A DNA stretch of 64,000 bases from Candidatus Obscuribacterales bacterium (lineage in GTDB: Bacteria; Cyanobacteriota; Vampirovibrionia; Obscuribacterales; Obscuribacteraceae): contig JAIEOQ010000012.1 of assembly GCA_019750335.1 (NCBI GenBank), forward strand, positions 13,211 to 77,210, in the 5' to 3' direction. Shown here piece by piece: positions 46,132 to 54,397 of the stretch (position 1 is its first letter; each line of letters opens with the position of its first letter). Below the pieces are notes generated by a model. That model was not told the DNA's origin and ran no database searches. It saw only the letters and a list, made by a program, of their open reading frames with translations. Position numbers and translations under genes: made by a program.

Positions 46132-49023
46132 ATGATCAATTCCAAGAATAGGTTCTTAAGAAGCATGACCGGGGGCTCCCTGGTACTTGTTGCTTTTGTC
46201 GGGATCGGTATAGTTTTTACCGTCTTTGCAATCGTATATATCTACAATCAACTCTTTACGCATCAAAGGGAAGCTCAAACAGCAATTGATGCGGCAGCGC
46301 TTGCTGTATCGAAAGAGATTTCTCAAGTGACTACTCAAGATCCCTATCTTGGTTGGGTTGGAGTTTGTGATGGCTTCCAGCCGAACATTCTTCAGCAGCA
46401 ACCGGTGTACGGTATTAACACCGTAATCGGACGGGCGCGGCTAGATAATGTTATTTCTAGAGCGTTAAATAATAACGATATGACTCTGCTGGCAAACCGT
46501 GATTCGTTGCAATCGGCGGCAGTGGCTAATTCCTTACGGACAATTTTAACCACTGCTTCGGCTAATGGCGTATTGCGTTATGCAAAACCAGGACCTAATA
46601 ACGCACCGCAACAAGTGGTGCGCAATTTAGCTCAAGTTGCCGCCGATGCTTATAATGCTAACAACCTAAGGGCTGTTGGTAATACGCGCATAACTCCGGC
46701 TCAGGTGAGAGTGGAGCTTGGCTATGTGCAAGGTGATTCCAATGGCTTGACTGATATTCCGATTCCTAACCCGAACAATATGTCCGGCGGTGCTGAAACC
46801 GGAACCTTCTCCGCTCAAATAAATGGAGTTCGTTTTTATAAAGCCGGTATCAATATTCCGGTCCCCGGTTCAGCTAATCAATACGTATTCTCGTGCGTGA
46901 CTGCACAGCCACACTTAGCTGATAGGCAGTCTTTCACGACAACCGCCCCCAGCCCGTTGCTGGTTCCAACTGTGGTTAAAGTGACAATCAACCAACAAGT
47001 GGATCGTCCTAATCCGCAAGGCGGTCAAATGGCTTCCAACAAAATGGAAGTTGCTTGTGCGGCAGCCGGTGGACAACGAGTACCGACAACAGCCGGTATT
47101 TTACGTCTTGAATTTCCTCAGGGAATTCCTCAGGACGAAAGAAAAGGCAATCATTTTGCCAGCATTCGTTCCGTTTTGGATGCCGGAGCTGCACCATGGT
47201 CCGGGCGCGGTAATTTCTTTACCGCTCAAGGTGGTGCTTTTCCTGGACGTGGCGTAATCCGCCCATCCTCGTATCCTTCAAGCGTTCCACCTGCTGTTCC
47301 CGGTATGCCGGGCGTTACGCCGGCTACCTCGGCAACGCCAAGCCAGCTCACAGCATATTATGTTTATGATTGGTTGCGTAATGATTGCTTGCGTCCCAAC
47401 GTGCAATCGGTTGTTAATGCTTTGAGTACGCAACTGCGCACCACCACTGGTGCTACGGCTACAAGCAATGCCATTCAAATCGGTGATGCGTCCAAAATGA
47501 TGTTTACCGAATTCGGTAACTTCTTCATTCAAAAAGCTTGGGCACAAGGAGTTGGCGGTCAACGCTGCACCAATATTTGGGGCGGTTTGTTCGACTTAAT
47601 TCCGGACAGCACGACAGCTATGACTCGTGGGCGGGATCCTCGTTCACTGAACAATTTTGATGACGAACCAAATGCTTTCGTCGATCAAGCTTACGTATTC
47701 CGCATGCAAGCTTCCACTCCCCAGCAATTGGCTTGGGCTCCGCGCACGACAATGGCAACCGGTTTGGATCTTGAAACCGGGTGTCCGACGACTGCAGGAC
47801 CAAATCCCCAGCCAGCATATATTCTGATTGATCTGCGTGAGGACTTAGCGGCTGCGCAAAATAATGCTTTGCGCAACTACGACGTCGCGAAGCAAACATA
47901 TGATGCAAGCTTGGTGCTCATGAATCAGTACAACGTTCAGTTGAATACTCTTTCAAGACAAATGAGCGCTTTGTCGGCGCTGATGAGCCAGACACTTCCC
48001 GGCACGGCTTACAACGCCCTGGCCGCTCAATACAGAGTACTCTTGGCTCAGTTCAATTCAGTCAAAGCGCTCTTTGACGAAGAGAACCGCAAATTCACAA
48101 GAGCAACTGTCGTCATGAACAACGCCATCGAAACTATCGATTCCGTGAACGGCGTGATCGACAACATGCTTGCCATTTCGTCTTTAGGCATCAACCGTAC
48201 GGATCCGGCAGCGGCTTCCAGCACGGCTAGACCGAGACGTTATTTATTGGCCGGTAATGCTATTGCTTTTGCTCCGGCAGAAACAGTGGTGACCAGAGCT
48301 CAAATTGAGGGCACTGTCGCTTCCATTCCAACCGGACAAGCAAATAACGCTCCCGGTGATCGTAATTGGATCGGCAATGTCGTTGCTTTGTCTGGAAATC
48401 CTGGTGCGATTCAAAATCCGAATTGTCCTGTTTCAGTTCATCCTTCTTCTCAAGCCAGAAACTTCGAGCTTGTTACGATTGGTGATTCTAGTAACGGTAC
48501 AAGTGGTGGTGGAAGCGTACAGTTGACAGTCAGTGGTGAAGCACCAAGTAACGATGGTACGCACCAGACCTACAACCAAGCTAACGCTGCCAATTATCGT
48601 GCTCAAGCCAATAGCTTTGACTCGATAACCGGAGTATCAGCATTGCTTGAAGGACAAAGCCAATACCAGGCACTCAATATTTATCGTGTAGGTAGCGAGT
48701 GCGATCGTGATCCGGCAAATCCGCGTTTCCGTGTGGACTGGTCGATAATGGCACAAAACAATGTGACCAATTTCTCTAATCCAACAGTGGACGTGCGTGA
48801 TGAAAATACGCCTGGGAACAGGTTGGATTGTGCTAACGCCCAGCAGACCGGTAATCCGAATGAACGGGCTTGCCGTCATGAAGCTGTAAGAATTCAAGTA
48901 ACCTCACCTTTGCTTGAAGTGCCACCGCTTCTGACAGTGACACCGCCGCCGCCTCCGGTTGCGGCACCGGTACCGCCGACACCTCCGCCGCCGATGCCCC
49001 CGCCGCCACGCCGTAGCCACTAA
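46132..49023 (+). CDS. giant TadG-like membrane-anchored protein, paralog 1 (963 aa from the ATG at 46132), with a polyproline C-terminus
   Basis: The N-terminus MINSKNRFLRSMTGGSLVLVAFVGIGIVFTVFAIVYIY...QREAQTAIDAAALAVSKE resembles the TadE/G-like Flp-pilus assembly N-terminal domain. I do not recognise the remaining roughly 880 aa. The C-terminus is PPPPPVAAPVPPTPPPPMPPPPRRSH. The start was chosen because the ATG and its GAGGA are conserved in both copies. Confidence 0.7.
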   Translation: MINSKNRFLRSMTGGSLVLVAFVGIGIVFTVFAIVYIYNQLFTHQREAQTAIDAAALAVSKEISQVTTQDPYLGWVGVCDGFQPNILQQQPVYGINTVIGRARLDNVISRALNNNDMTLLANRDSLQSAAVANSLRTILTTASANGVLRYAKPGPNNAPQQVVRNLAQVAADAYNANNLRAVGNTRITPAQVRVELGYVQGDSNGLTDIPIPNPNNMSGGAETGTFSAQINGVRFYKAGINIPVPGSANQYVFSCVTAQPHLADRQSFTTTAPSPLLVPTVVKVTINQQVDRPNPQGGQMASNKMEVACAAAGGQRVPTTAGILRLEFPQGIPQDERKGNHFASIRSVLDAGAAPWSGRGNFFTAQGGAFPGRGVIRPSSYPSSVPPAVPGMPGVTPATSATPSQLTAYYVYDWLRNDCLRPNVQSVVNALSTQLRTTTGATATSNAIQIGDASKMMFTEFGNFFIQKAWAQGVGGQRCTNIWGGLFDLIPDSTTAMTRGRDPRSLNNFDDEPNAFVDQAYVFRMQASTPQQLAWAPRTTMATGLDLETGCPTTAGPNPQPAYILIDLREDLAAAQNNALRNYDVAKQTYDASLVLMNQYNVQLNTLSRQMSALSALMSQTLPGTAYNALAAQYRVLLAQFNSVKALFDEENRKFTRATVVMNNAIETIDSVNGVIDNMLAISSLGINRTDPAAASSTARPRRYLLAGNAIAFAPAETVVTRAQIEGTVASIPTGQANNAPGDRNWIGNVVALSGNPGAIQNPNCPVSVHPSSQARNFELVTIGDSSNGTSGGGSVQLTVSGEAPSNDGTHQTYNQANAANYRAQANSFDSITGVSALLEGQSQYQALNIYRVGSECDRDPANPRFRVDWSIMAQNNVTNFSNPTVDVRDENTPGNRLDCANAQQTGNPNERACRHEAVRIQVTSPLLEVPPLLTVTPPPPPVAAPVPPTPPPPMPPPPRRSH

Positions 49024-49044
49024 GCATGTGGTGATTGATTGAAA

Positions 49045-49078
49045 CTCAAGGCTCTCGGATTCCTCCGAGAGCCTTGAG
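49045..49078 (+). terminator. conserved 15-bp hairpin after paralog 1 (attenuator or processing site; no U-tract)
   Basis: The arms are ctcaaggctctcgga and tccgagagccttgag, with a ttcc loop. The stem core aaggctctcgga recurs after paralog 2. Confidence 0.35.
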
Positions 49079-49128
49079 CAAAATTAGAAAGCTAAGGCCT
49101 TACATATACATATAAAAGGATTCAGTTA

Positions 49129-49656
49129 ATGGCTAAAAATGACACGATGTTTGCTCTTCTTCTTTCTTTGCTTGCTTTTACGCCTGTCGCTTATGCCGAT
49201 ACCCAAGCTGAGCTTATTAAGAAAGTAGAGCAGTTGCGCAACAGTGCTTTTGATTCGCAGAGCTCGGGCAATAATTCCGGAGCTTTAGCAGCCATATCTC
49301 AAGCTGGCGATCTGGTTTTAAGCCGCGAATTTACCGATCCGAGCAAACCGGTTGTAGAAACTATGGTGATTACTCAACTTACTACTATTCATGGCTCGGC
49401 TTTTCAGAAACGTGATTGGGCAGTTGCTGAAGCAGCTTTGCGCAAAAAAATAAGTTTCATGGAAGCTTGTCATAAAGACAACACGGATGATTATCAGGCA
49501 TCCTTGCGCTCTTTAAATATGGTTTTGCGCGCACAAAAAAAATCTACCGAAGCCTCAGTCATAAAACCAAAGATGAAACCACTAAGCTTCCGTAAGGAAG
49601 ACAAAATACAGGTTAATCTTCAAGCCGAGGCGTCGCGAGAAAATAACAAGAAGTAA
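49129..49656 (+). CDS. small secreted helical protein, paralog 1 (175 aa)
   Basis: It has a signal peptide (MFALLLSLLAFTPVAYA). It shares QLT.I.GSAFQKRDW...EAALRKKISFME...DDYQ.SLR.L...LRAQKKSTE with 54398-54982. Confidence 0.6.
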   Translation: MAKNDTMFALLLSLLAFTPVAYADTQAELIKKVEQLRNSAFDSQSSGNNSGALAAISQAGDLVLSREFTDPSKPVVETMVITQLTTIHGSAFQKRDWAVAEAALRKKISFMEACHKDNTDDYQASLRSLNMVLRAQKKSTEASVIKPKMKPLSFRKEDKIQVNLQAEASRENNKK

Positions 49657-49693
49657 CCTCTGCTTGGCTTTCGGGAATCACGTACACGGTTTA

Positions 49694-49845
49694 GATTAAA
49701 TCATTATGTGATGGAGCTAATTTTTGTGGCTTTCTTACATTAAATGGGGATAATATTCCTAAGCTGTTCTTTGTACTCATAGAACTTCGGGTTTTTGGAG
49801 CGGGAAAAACGTTCCGATTTTGTATTGCTGAGGAATCAACCATTT
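49694..49845 (+). promoter_or_regulatory. conserved leader/promoter block upstream of TadG-like paralog 2
   Basis: This is the counterpart of 45989-46131. The block ggggataatattc lies at 49746-49758, and GAGGA at 49830-49834 lies 11 nt before the ATG. Confidence 0.4.
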
Positions 49846-52800
49846 ATGATCACTCCCAAAAATAAGTTCATAAGAAGCATGACCGGGGGCTCCCTGGTAC
49901 TTGTTGCTTTTGTAGGGATAGGCATAGTCTTTGCTGTTTTTGCGATCGTATACATCTATAACCAGTTGTTTACGCATCAAAGAGAAGCTCAGACGGCAAT
50001 TGATGCTGCCGCTTTAGCAGTATCAAAAGAAATCTCTCAAGTTACTACTCAAGATCCTTTCTTAGGTTGGGTCGGTGTAACTGACGGTTTTCAGCCGAAC
50101 CTTCTTCAACAGCAACCGGTTTATGGTATCAATACCGTGATTGGGCGTGCCCGTTTGGATAATGTTATTTGTCGTGCTCTCAACAACAATGACATGACCT
50201 TATTGGCTAATCGTGATTCGCTCCAATCTGTTGCTGTGGCCAACTCCTTAAGAACGATTCTTAATAGTGTTGACACCAATGGTGGTACGTTGCGTTATAC
50301 AAGACCTGGTCCGAATAACGCACCGCAGCAGATAGTGCGTAATTTGGCTCAAATTGCTGCCGATGCATACAACAGTAATAATCTGCGAGCTGTCGGTAAT
50401 GCGCGCGTTACCCCGGCGCAAGTCCGAGTGGAGCTTGGTTATATCCAAGGTGATTCAAACGGTCTAACCGATATTCCGATTCCTAGCCCGAACAATATGT
50501 CCGGCGGAGCTGAAAATGCCAACTTCTCAGCTCAAGTAAACGGAGTTCGTTTTTATCGTGCCGGCGTGAATGTGCCGGTAACTGGTTCACCTAATCAATA
50601 TGTATTCTCTTGTGTCACTACACAACCACATTTGGTGGACAGGCAGTCTTTCGTTAACGCTGCCCCCAATCCCATGCTTGTTCCGACTGTGGTAAAAGTG
50701 ACGATCAATCAACAAGTGGATCGTCCTAATCCAACTGGTGGTGGCGATATGGCCGCCAACAAAATGGAAGTTGCTTGCGCCAGCGCCGGCGGTCAACGTG
50801 TACCGACCACGGCTGGTATTTTGCGTCTTGAGTTTCCGCAAGGAATTCCTCAAGATCAAAATCGTGGCAATCGCTTCGCTAGCATTCGTGCGATCTTGGA
50901 TGCCGGAAATAGTGCTTGGGCCGGAAGAGGTAATTTCTTTACCGCTCAGGGCGGAGCATTTCCCGGCAACGGTCGCATAGTAGCAGCTGCATATCCGCCA
51001 AGCATTCCGGCTGCAGGAGCTGGAGACCCGACGGCAACAGCAGCATCTGCGGCTACACCCAGCCAGTTGACGGCATATTATGTCTATGACTGGTTGAGAA
51101 ACGATTGTTTGCGTCCTAACGTTCAATCAGTAATTAATGCTCTGAATGCTAATCTGCGCACCACTACCGGTGCGACGGCCAACAGTCGCTCAGTGCAAAT
51201 TGGTGATGCTTCCAAAATGATGTTCACCCAATTCGGTGATTTCTTCATTCAAAAAGCATGGGCACAAGGTGTCGGTGGCGTGCAGTGCAACAACATCTGG
51301 GGTGGTCTCTTCGACCTTATTCCGGACAGCACTTCTGCCATGGCTCGCGGGCGCGATCCTCGTTCATTGAATAATTTCGATGACGAACCAAATGCTTTCG
51401 TCGATCAAGCTTACGTTTTCCGTATGCAAGCTTCGACACCACAGCAGTTGGCTTGGGCTCCGCGCAATACCATGGCTACTGGTTTGGATTTGAACACCGG
51501 TTGTCCTACAACTGCCGGTCCTAATCCGCAGCCAGCATACATCTTGCTCGATTTGCGTGAAGACCTTGCTGCAGCGCAAAACAATGCGATGCAGACATAC
51601 GACAATGCCAGATTGGTTTATGACTCAAGCTTGGCCTTGATGAACCAGTACACTGCTGAGATGAACTCATATTCGTCTCAAATGAGCAGCATCACGGCTC
51701 AAATGGCAGCGCTGAATAACGGTAGTATCGTTTATTTGGCTCAAGCCAGTGGTCAGTATGCCGCCGGTTGGTACTCAATTCAACTTGTACCTTTTGGTGG
51801 TGGCGGATTCTGGACCGGATGGGGTTTCTCCATTCAAATCATTCCTTTGCCAGGCTTTAACGGTCTGACACCAGGAGCGAATCTGCAAACCCTGACCGCT
51901 CAATATAACGAACTCTTGGCAAAATACAATGCTACTAAAGCTTTGTACGATCAAGAGAATCGTAAATATGCCAGAGCTTCGGTGGTCATGTTGAACGGTA
52001 TTCGAGTGATTGATTCGGCTAACGCCATCATCGACAATATGCTTGCCATATCGTCCTTAGGCATAAATCGTACCAATCCGCCGGCACCATCAAGCACTGC
52101 TCGTCCGAGACGCTATGTGCTTGGCGGTAATGCCATTGTCTTCTCACCCCCGGAAAATGTAATGACAAAAGCGCAGGTTGAAGGAACCGTCGCTCTTGTT
52201 TCGACCGGACAAATTGACAATGCACCAGGCGATCGTAACTGGCTTGGCAACGTACTTGTTTCCACAGGTAATCCCGGTGCCATCCAAACTCCAAACTGCC
52301 CGATTTCAGTTCGCCCATCGTCGCAAGCTCGTAACTTCGAGTTGGTTACGGTTGGCGATGCAAGCAACACCACCTCCGGTGGCGCAGTGCAATTGACCGT
52401 TAGTGGCGATGCTCCAACAAATGATGGTTCAGCGCCGACATACGATCAAGGGCAAGCAGCCAATTATCGTGCTCAAGCCAACAGCTTCGACTCGATAACC
52501 GGTGTTTCAGCATTGCTTGAAGGACAGAGCCAATATCAAGCGCTTAATGTCTATCGGGTTGCTAGCGATTGCGACCGTGATCCGGCTAATTCTCGTTTCG
52601 GAGTGGATTGGTCGGTCATGGCTCAAAATAACGTGACCAATTTCTCCAATCCAACGGTCGACGTGCGTGCTGAAAATACACCTGGCAACAGGTTGGATTG
52701 CGCCAGCGCGGCTCAGACCAATAATCCGAATGAGCGGGCTTGCCGCCATGAAGCTGTAAGAATTCAAGTTACCTCACCGTTGCTTGAAGTACCGCCTTTG

Positions 52801-52896
52801 TTGGTAGTTACTCCGCCACCTCCGCCAGTGGCAGCGCCGCCGGTACCACCAATACCGCCGCCGCCACCACCGCCGCCACCGCGTCGCAGCCACTAA
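49846..52896 (+). CDS. giant TadG-like membrane-anchored protein, paralog 2 (1016 aa from the ATG at 49846), with a polyproline C-terminus
   Basis: It has the same architecture as 46132-49023 and begins MITPKNKFIRSMTGGSLVLVAFVGIGIVF...QREAQTAIDAAALAVSKE. It ends ...IPPPPPPPPPRRSH. Confidence 0.7.
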   Translation: MITPKNKFIRSMTGGSLVLVAFVGIGIVFAVFAIVYIYNQLFTHQREAQTAIDAAALAVSKEISQVTTQDPFLGWVGVTDGFQPNLLQQQPVYGINTVIGRARLDNVICRALNNNDMTLLANRDSLQSVAVANSLRTILNSVDTNGGTLRYTRPGPNNAPQQIVRNLAQIAADAYNSNNLRAVGNARVTPAQVRVELGYIQGDSNGLTDIPIPSPNNMSGGAENANFSAQVNGVRFYRAGVNVPVTGSPNQYVFSCVTTQPHLVDRQSFVNAAPNPMLVPTVVKVTINQQVDRPNPTGGGDMAANKMEVACASAGGQRVPTTAGILRLEFPQGIPQDQNRGNRFASIRAILDAGNSAWAGRGNFFTAQGGAFPGNGRIVAAAYPPSIPAAGAGDPTATAASAATPSQLTAYYVYDWLRNDCLRPNVQSVINALNANLRTTTGATANSRSVQIGDASKMMFTQFGDFFIQKAWAQGVGGVQCNNIWGGLFDLIPDSTSAMARGRDPRSLNNFDDEPNAFVDQAYVFRMQASTPQQLAWAPRNTMATGLDLNTGCPTTAGPNPQPAYILLDLREDLAAAQNNAMQTYDNARLVYDSSLALMNQYTAEMNSYSSQMSSITAQMAALNNGSIVYLAQASGQYAAGWYSIQLVPFGGGGFWTGWGFSIQIIPLPGFNGLTPGANLQTLTAQYNELLAKYNATKALYDQENRKYARASVVMLNGIRVIDSANAIIDNMLAISSLGINRTNPPAPSSTARPRRYVLGGNAIVFSPPENVMTKAQVEGTVALVSTGQIDNAPGDRNWLGNVLVSTGNPGAIQTPNCPISVRPSSQARNFELVTVGDASNTTSGGAVQLTVSGDAPTNDGSAPTYDQGQAANYRAQANSFDSITGVSALLEGQSQYQALNVYRVASDCDRDPANSRFGVDWSVMAQNNVTNFSNPTVDVRAENTPGNRLDCASAAQTNNPNERACRHEAVRIQVTSPLLEVPPLLVVTPPPPPVAAPPVPPIPPPPPPPPPRRSH

Positions 52897-52922
52897 ACGG
52901 CCGGTGAATTGCTGAAAAGCTT

Positions 52923-52956
52923 AAGGCTCTCGGATTAATCATGATCCGAGAGCCTT
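52923..52956 (+). terminator. conserved hairpin after paralog 2 (terminator-like, followed by tttt)
   Basis: The stem aaggctctcggat (52923-52935) pairs with atccgagagcctt (52944-52956), and the 3' arm runs into tttt. Confidence 0.4.
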
Positions 52957-52993
52957 TTAGCAAAAGTCTGTTGTATGATTTTTCAAGCTATCG

Positions 52994-54388
52994 ATGAAAG
53001 CTGTTGACAAAGGATTTCAAATGAATCATTCACCGTCTTTGAAGCTTAATCTGCCGGTCTTATTCTCACTTTCAGTTGTGATGCTTTCTGGCTGTGCTGC
53101 CAACAAGCATCAGCTTACTGACGCGGATTTGAATGATCCGGCCAAAGTTCTTGGCAAGCCGATTGATGGACTGAATTCAAGCCAGTTGAATAAATATTGG
53201 CAAGGCGAAGCCTTATTCAAAAAAGAGTTTACTCCTGAGGAAGGTCTTGGACCTTTATTCAACGGCAAAAGCTGTTTTGAATGTCATGGGCAACCGCTGG
53301 TGGTTGGTGGCGAAGGTCGTGATAACTCAAGCACAAGTATTATGAACTATGCTCGCAGAGTGCCCGGTTCGGAAAAAGCAAAAAAACCTTTGAAAGAAGT
53401 GATTCAAGGGTTGAGAAAAATCGATGTTGATTTTTTCCTGACCCAGGGTGGTCCAAGCTTGCAGAAGCGAACGATCACAACCGAATTTCCGGCTAAGTTT
53501 CCGTTTGAATGTCAAATTGATGCCGAGCGAATGCCAATTGATGCTGAGTTGCAATCGAATCGGCATTCGCCGCCTTTATTTGGCGACGGTTTAATCGATC
53601 AAATTCCGGACGGACTGATTGCTCAACAAGCACTTGAAGAAAGAGCAACTAATCCGGCGCTTGCCGGTACGCCGATTTCAGCTGTGGACCGTTATTTTGA
53701 ATCAGCTCGTGCCGGACGTTTCGGTTGGAAAAATCAGCATGTGAATATGTTCAATTTCACTACCGGTGCTTTAAATATCGAAGTCGGGTTGACCACTTAT
53801 GCTAATAACACTGAAAACTCTAGCGATCCGTTAGGCGATAATCCGACTTGTATCCGTGCCTTCAATAAAGTCGGCAATCCTAATGACAAAGGTAAAATAC
53901 TGCTTGCTCTAACTTATTTCCAATCGCTTTTGGCACCGCCACCGCGCGGACCGATTAACGATCAAGTTAAAGCAGGCGAAAAAATATTTGAAAAATTGGA
54001 TTGTGCTTTTTGTCACAGACCAACTTGGAAAACCGGGCCGAAAGTCATGCTGCCGGATCCGGACAGTCCTTTGCCTTTAATCAACTATATTGAAATTAAG
54101 CCGATGGAGAATGTGGAGTTTCATCCGTATACCGATTTTCTTGTGCATGATATGGGACCGGAATTGGCCGACGGTATACCGCAGGAAGGGGCTCGTGGCG
54201 GTGAATGGCGAACTGTGCCATTATGGGGATTGCGTTTCAAAAAATTCCTCTTGCATGACGGACGGACAAGAGACATCCATGAGGCGATTTTGATGCATGG
54301 CGGCCAAGGGGAAGATTCAGCCAAACGTTATCAGGAATTGAATAGCAAAGATAAAGAAGCACTGCTTGCTTTCTTGAAGAGTTTGTAA
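52994..54388 (+). CDS. DUF1111-family di-haem cytochrome c lipoprotein (putative thiol oxidoreductase/peroxidase)
   Basis: It has a lipobox (VVMLSGC) and two CxxCH haem sites (CFECH, CAFCH). It also shows the characteristic GLGPLFNGKSCFECH and WRTVPLWGL blocks. Confidence 0.7.
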   Translation: MKAVDKGFQMNHSPSLKLNLPVLFSLSVVMLSGCAANKHQLTDADLNDPAKVLGKPIDGLNSSQLNKYWQGEALFKKEFTPEEGLGPLFNGKSCFECHGQPLVVGGEGRDNSSTSIMNYARRVPGSEKAKKPLKEVIQGLRKIDVDFFLTQGGPSLQKRTITTEFPAKFPFECQIDAERMPIDAELQSNRHSPPLFGDGLIDQIPDGLIAQQALEERATNPALAGTPISAVDRYFESARAGRFGWKNQHVNMFNFTTGALNIEVGLTTYANNTENSSDPLGDNPTCIRAFNKVGNPNDKGKILLALTYFQSLLAPPPRGPINDQVKAGEKIFEKLDCAFCHRPTWKTGPKVMLPDPDSPLPLINYIEIKPMENVEFHPYTDFLVHDMGPELADGIPQEGARGGEWRTVPLWGLRFKKFLLHDGRTRDIHEAILMHGGQGEDSAKRYQELNSKDKEALLAFLKSL

Positions 54389-54397
54389 AAGGAGAAT

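Larger units (their letters stand above)
45989..49023 (+). repeat. tandem duplication, copy 1 (leader plus giant gene)
   Basis: It is collinear with 49694-52896 over its whole length. Differences are mostly at third codon positions. Confidence 0.85.
49694..52896 (+). repeat. tandem duplication, copy 2 (leader plus giant gene)
   Basis: It is collinear with 45989-49023 and carries one insertion of about 150 nt at about 51715-51867. Confidence 0.85.

Noticed and set aside
48637-48897. An 86-aa minus-strand ORF has a near-identical twin at 52507-52767. At first sight it looks like a conserved antisense gene.
   Set aside because: Both lie entirely inside the duplicated giant genes, so their similarity is inherited from the sense-strand duplication. 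They have no RBS and no independent evidence. The same applies to the other antisense ORFs in 46-53 kb.
46132-52896. I considered whether the paralog pair is a diversity-generating retroelement (template/variable repeat) or a phase-variable cassette.
   Set aside because: There is no reverse transcriptase or invertase nearby. Differences are spread over the full length, are mostly synonymous, and involve all base types rather than adenine-specific changes.
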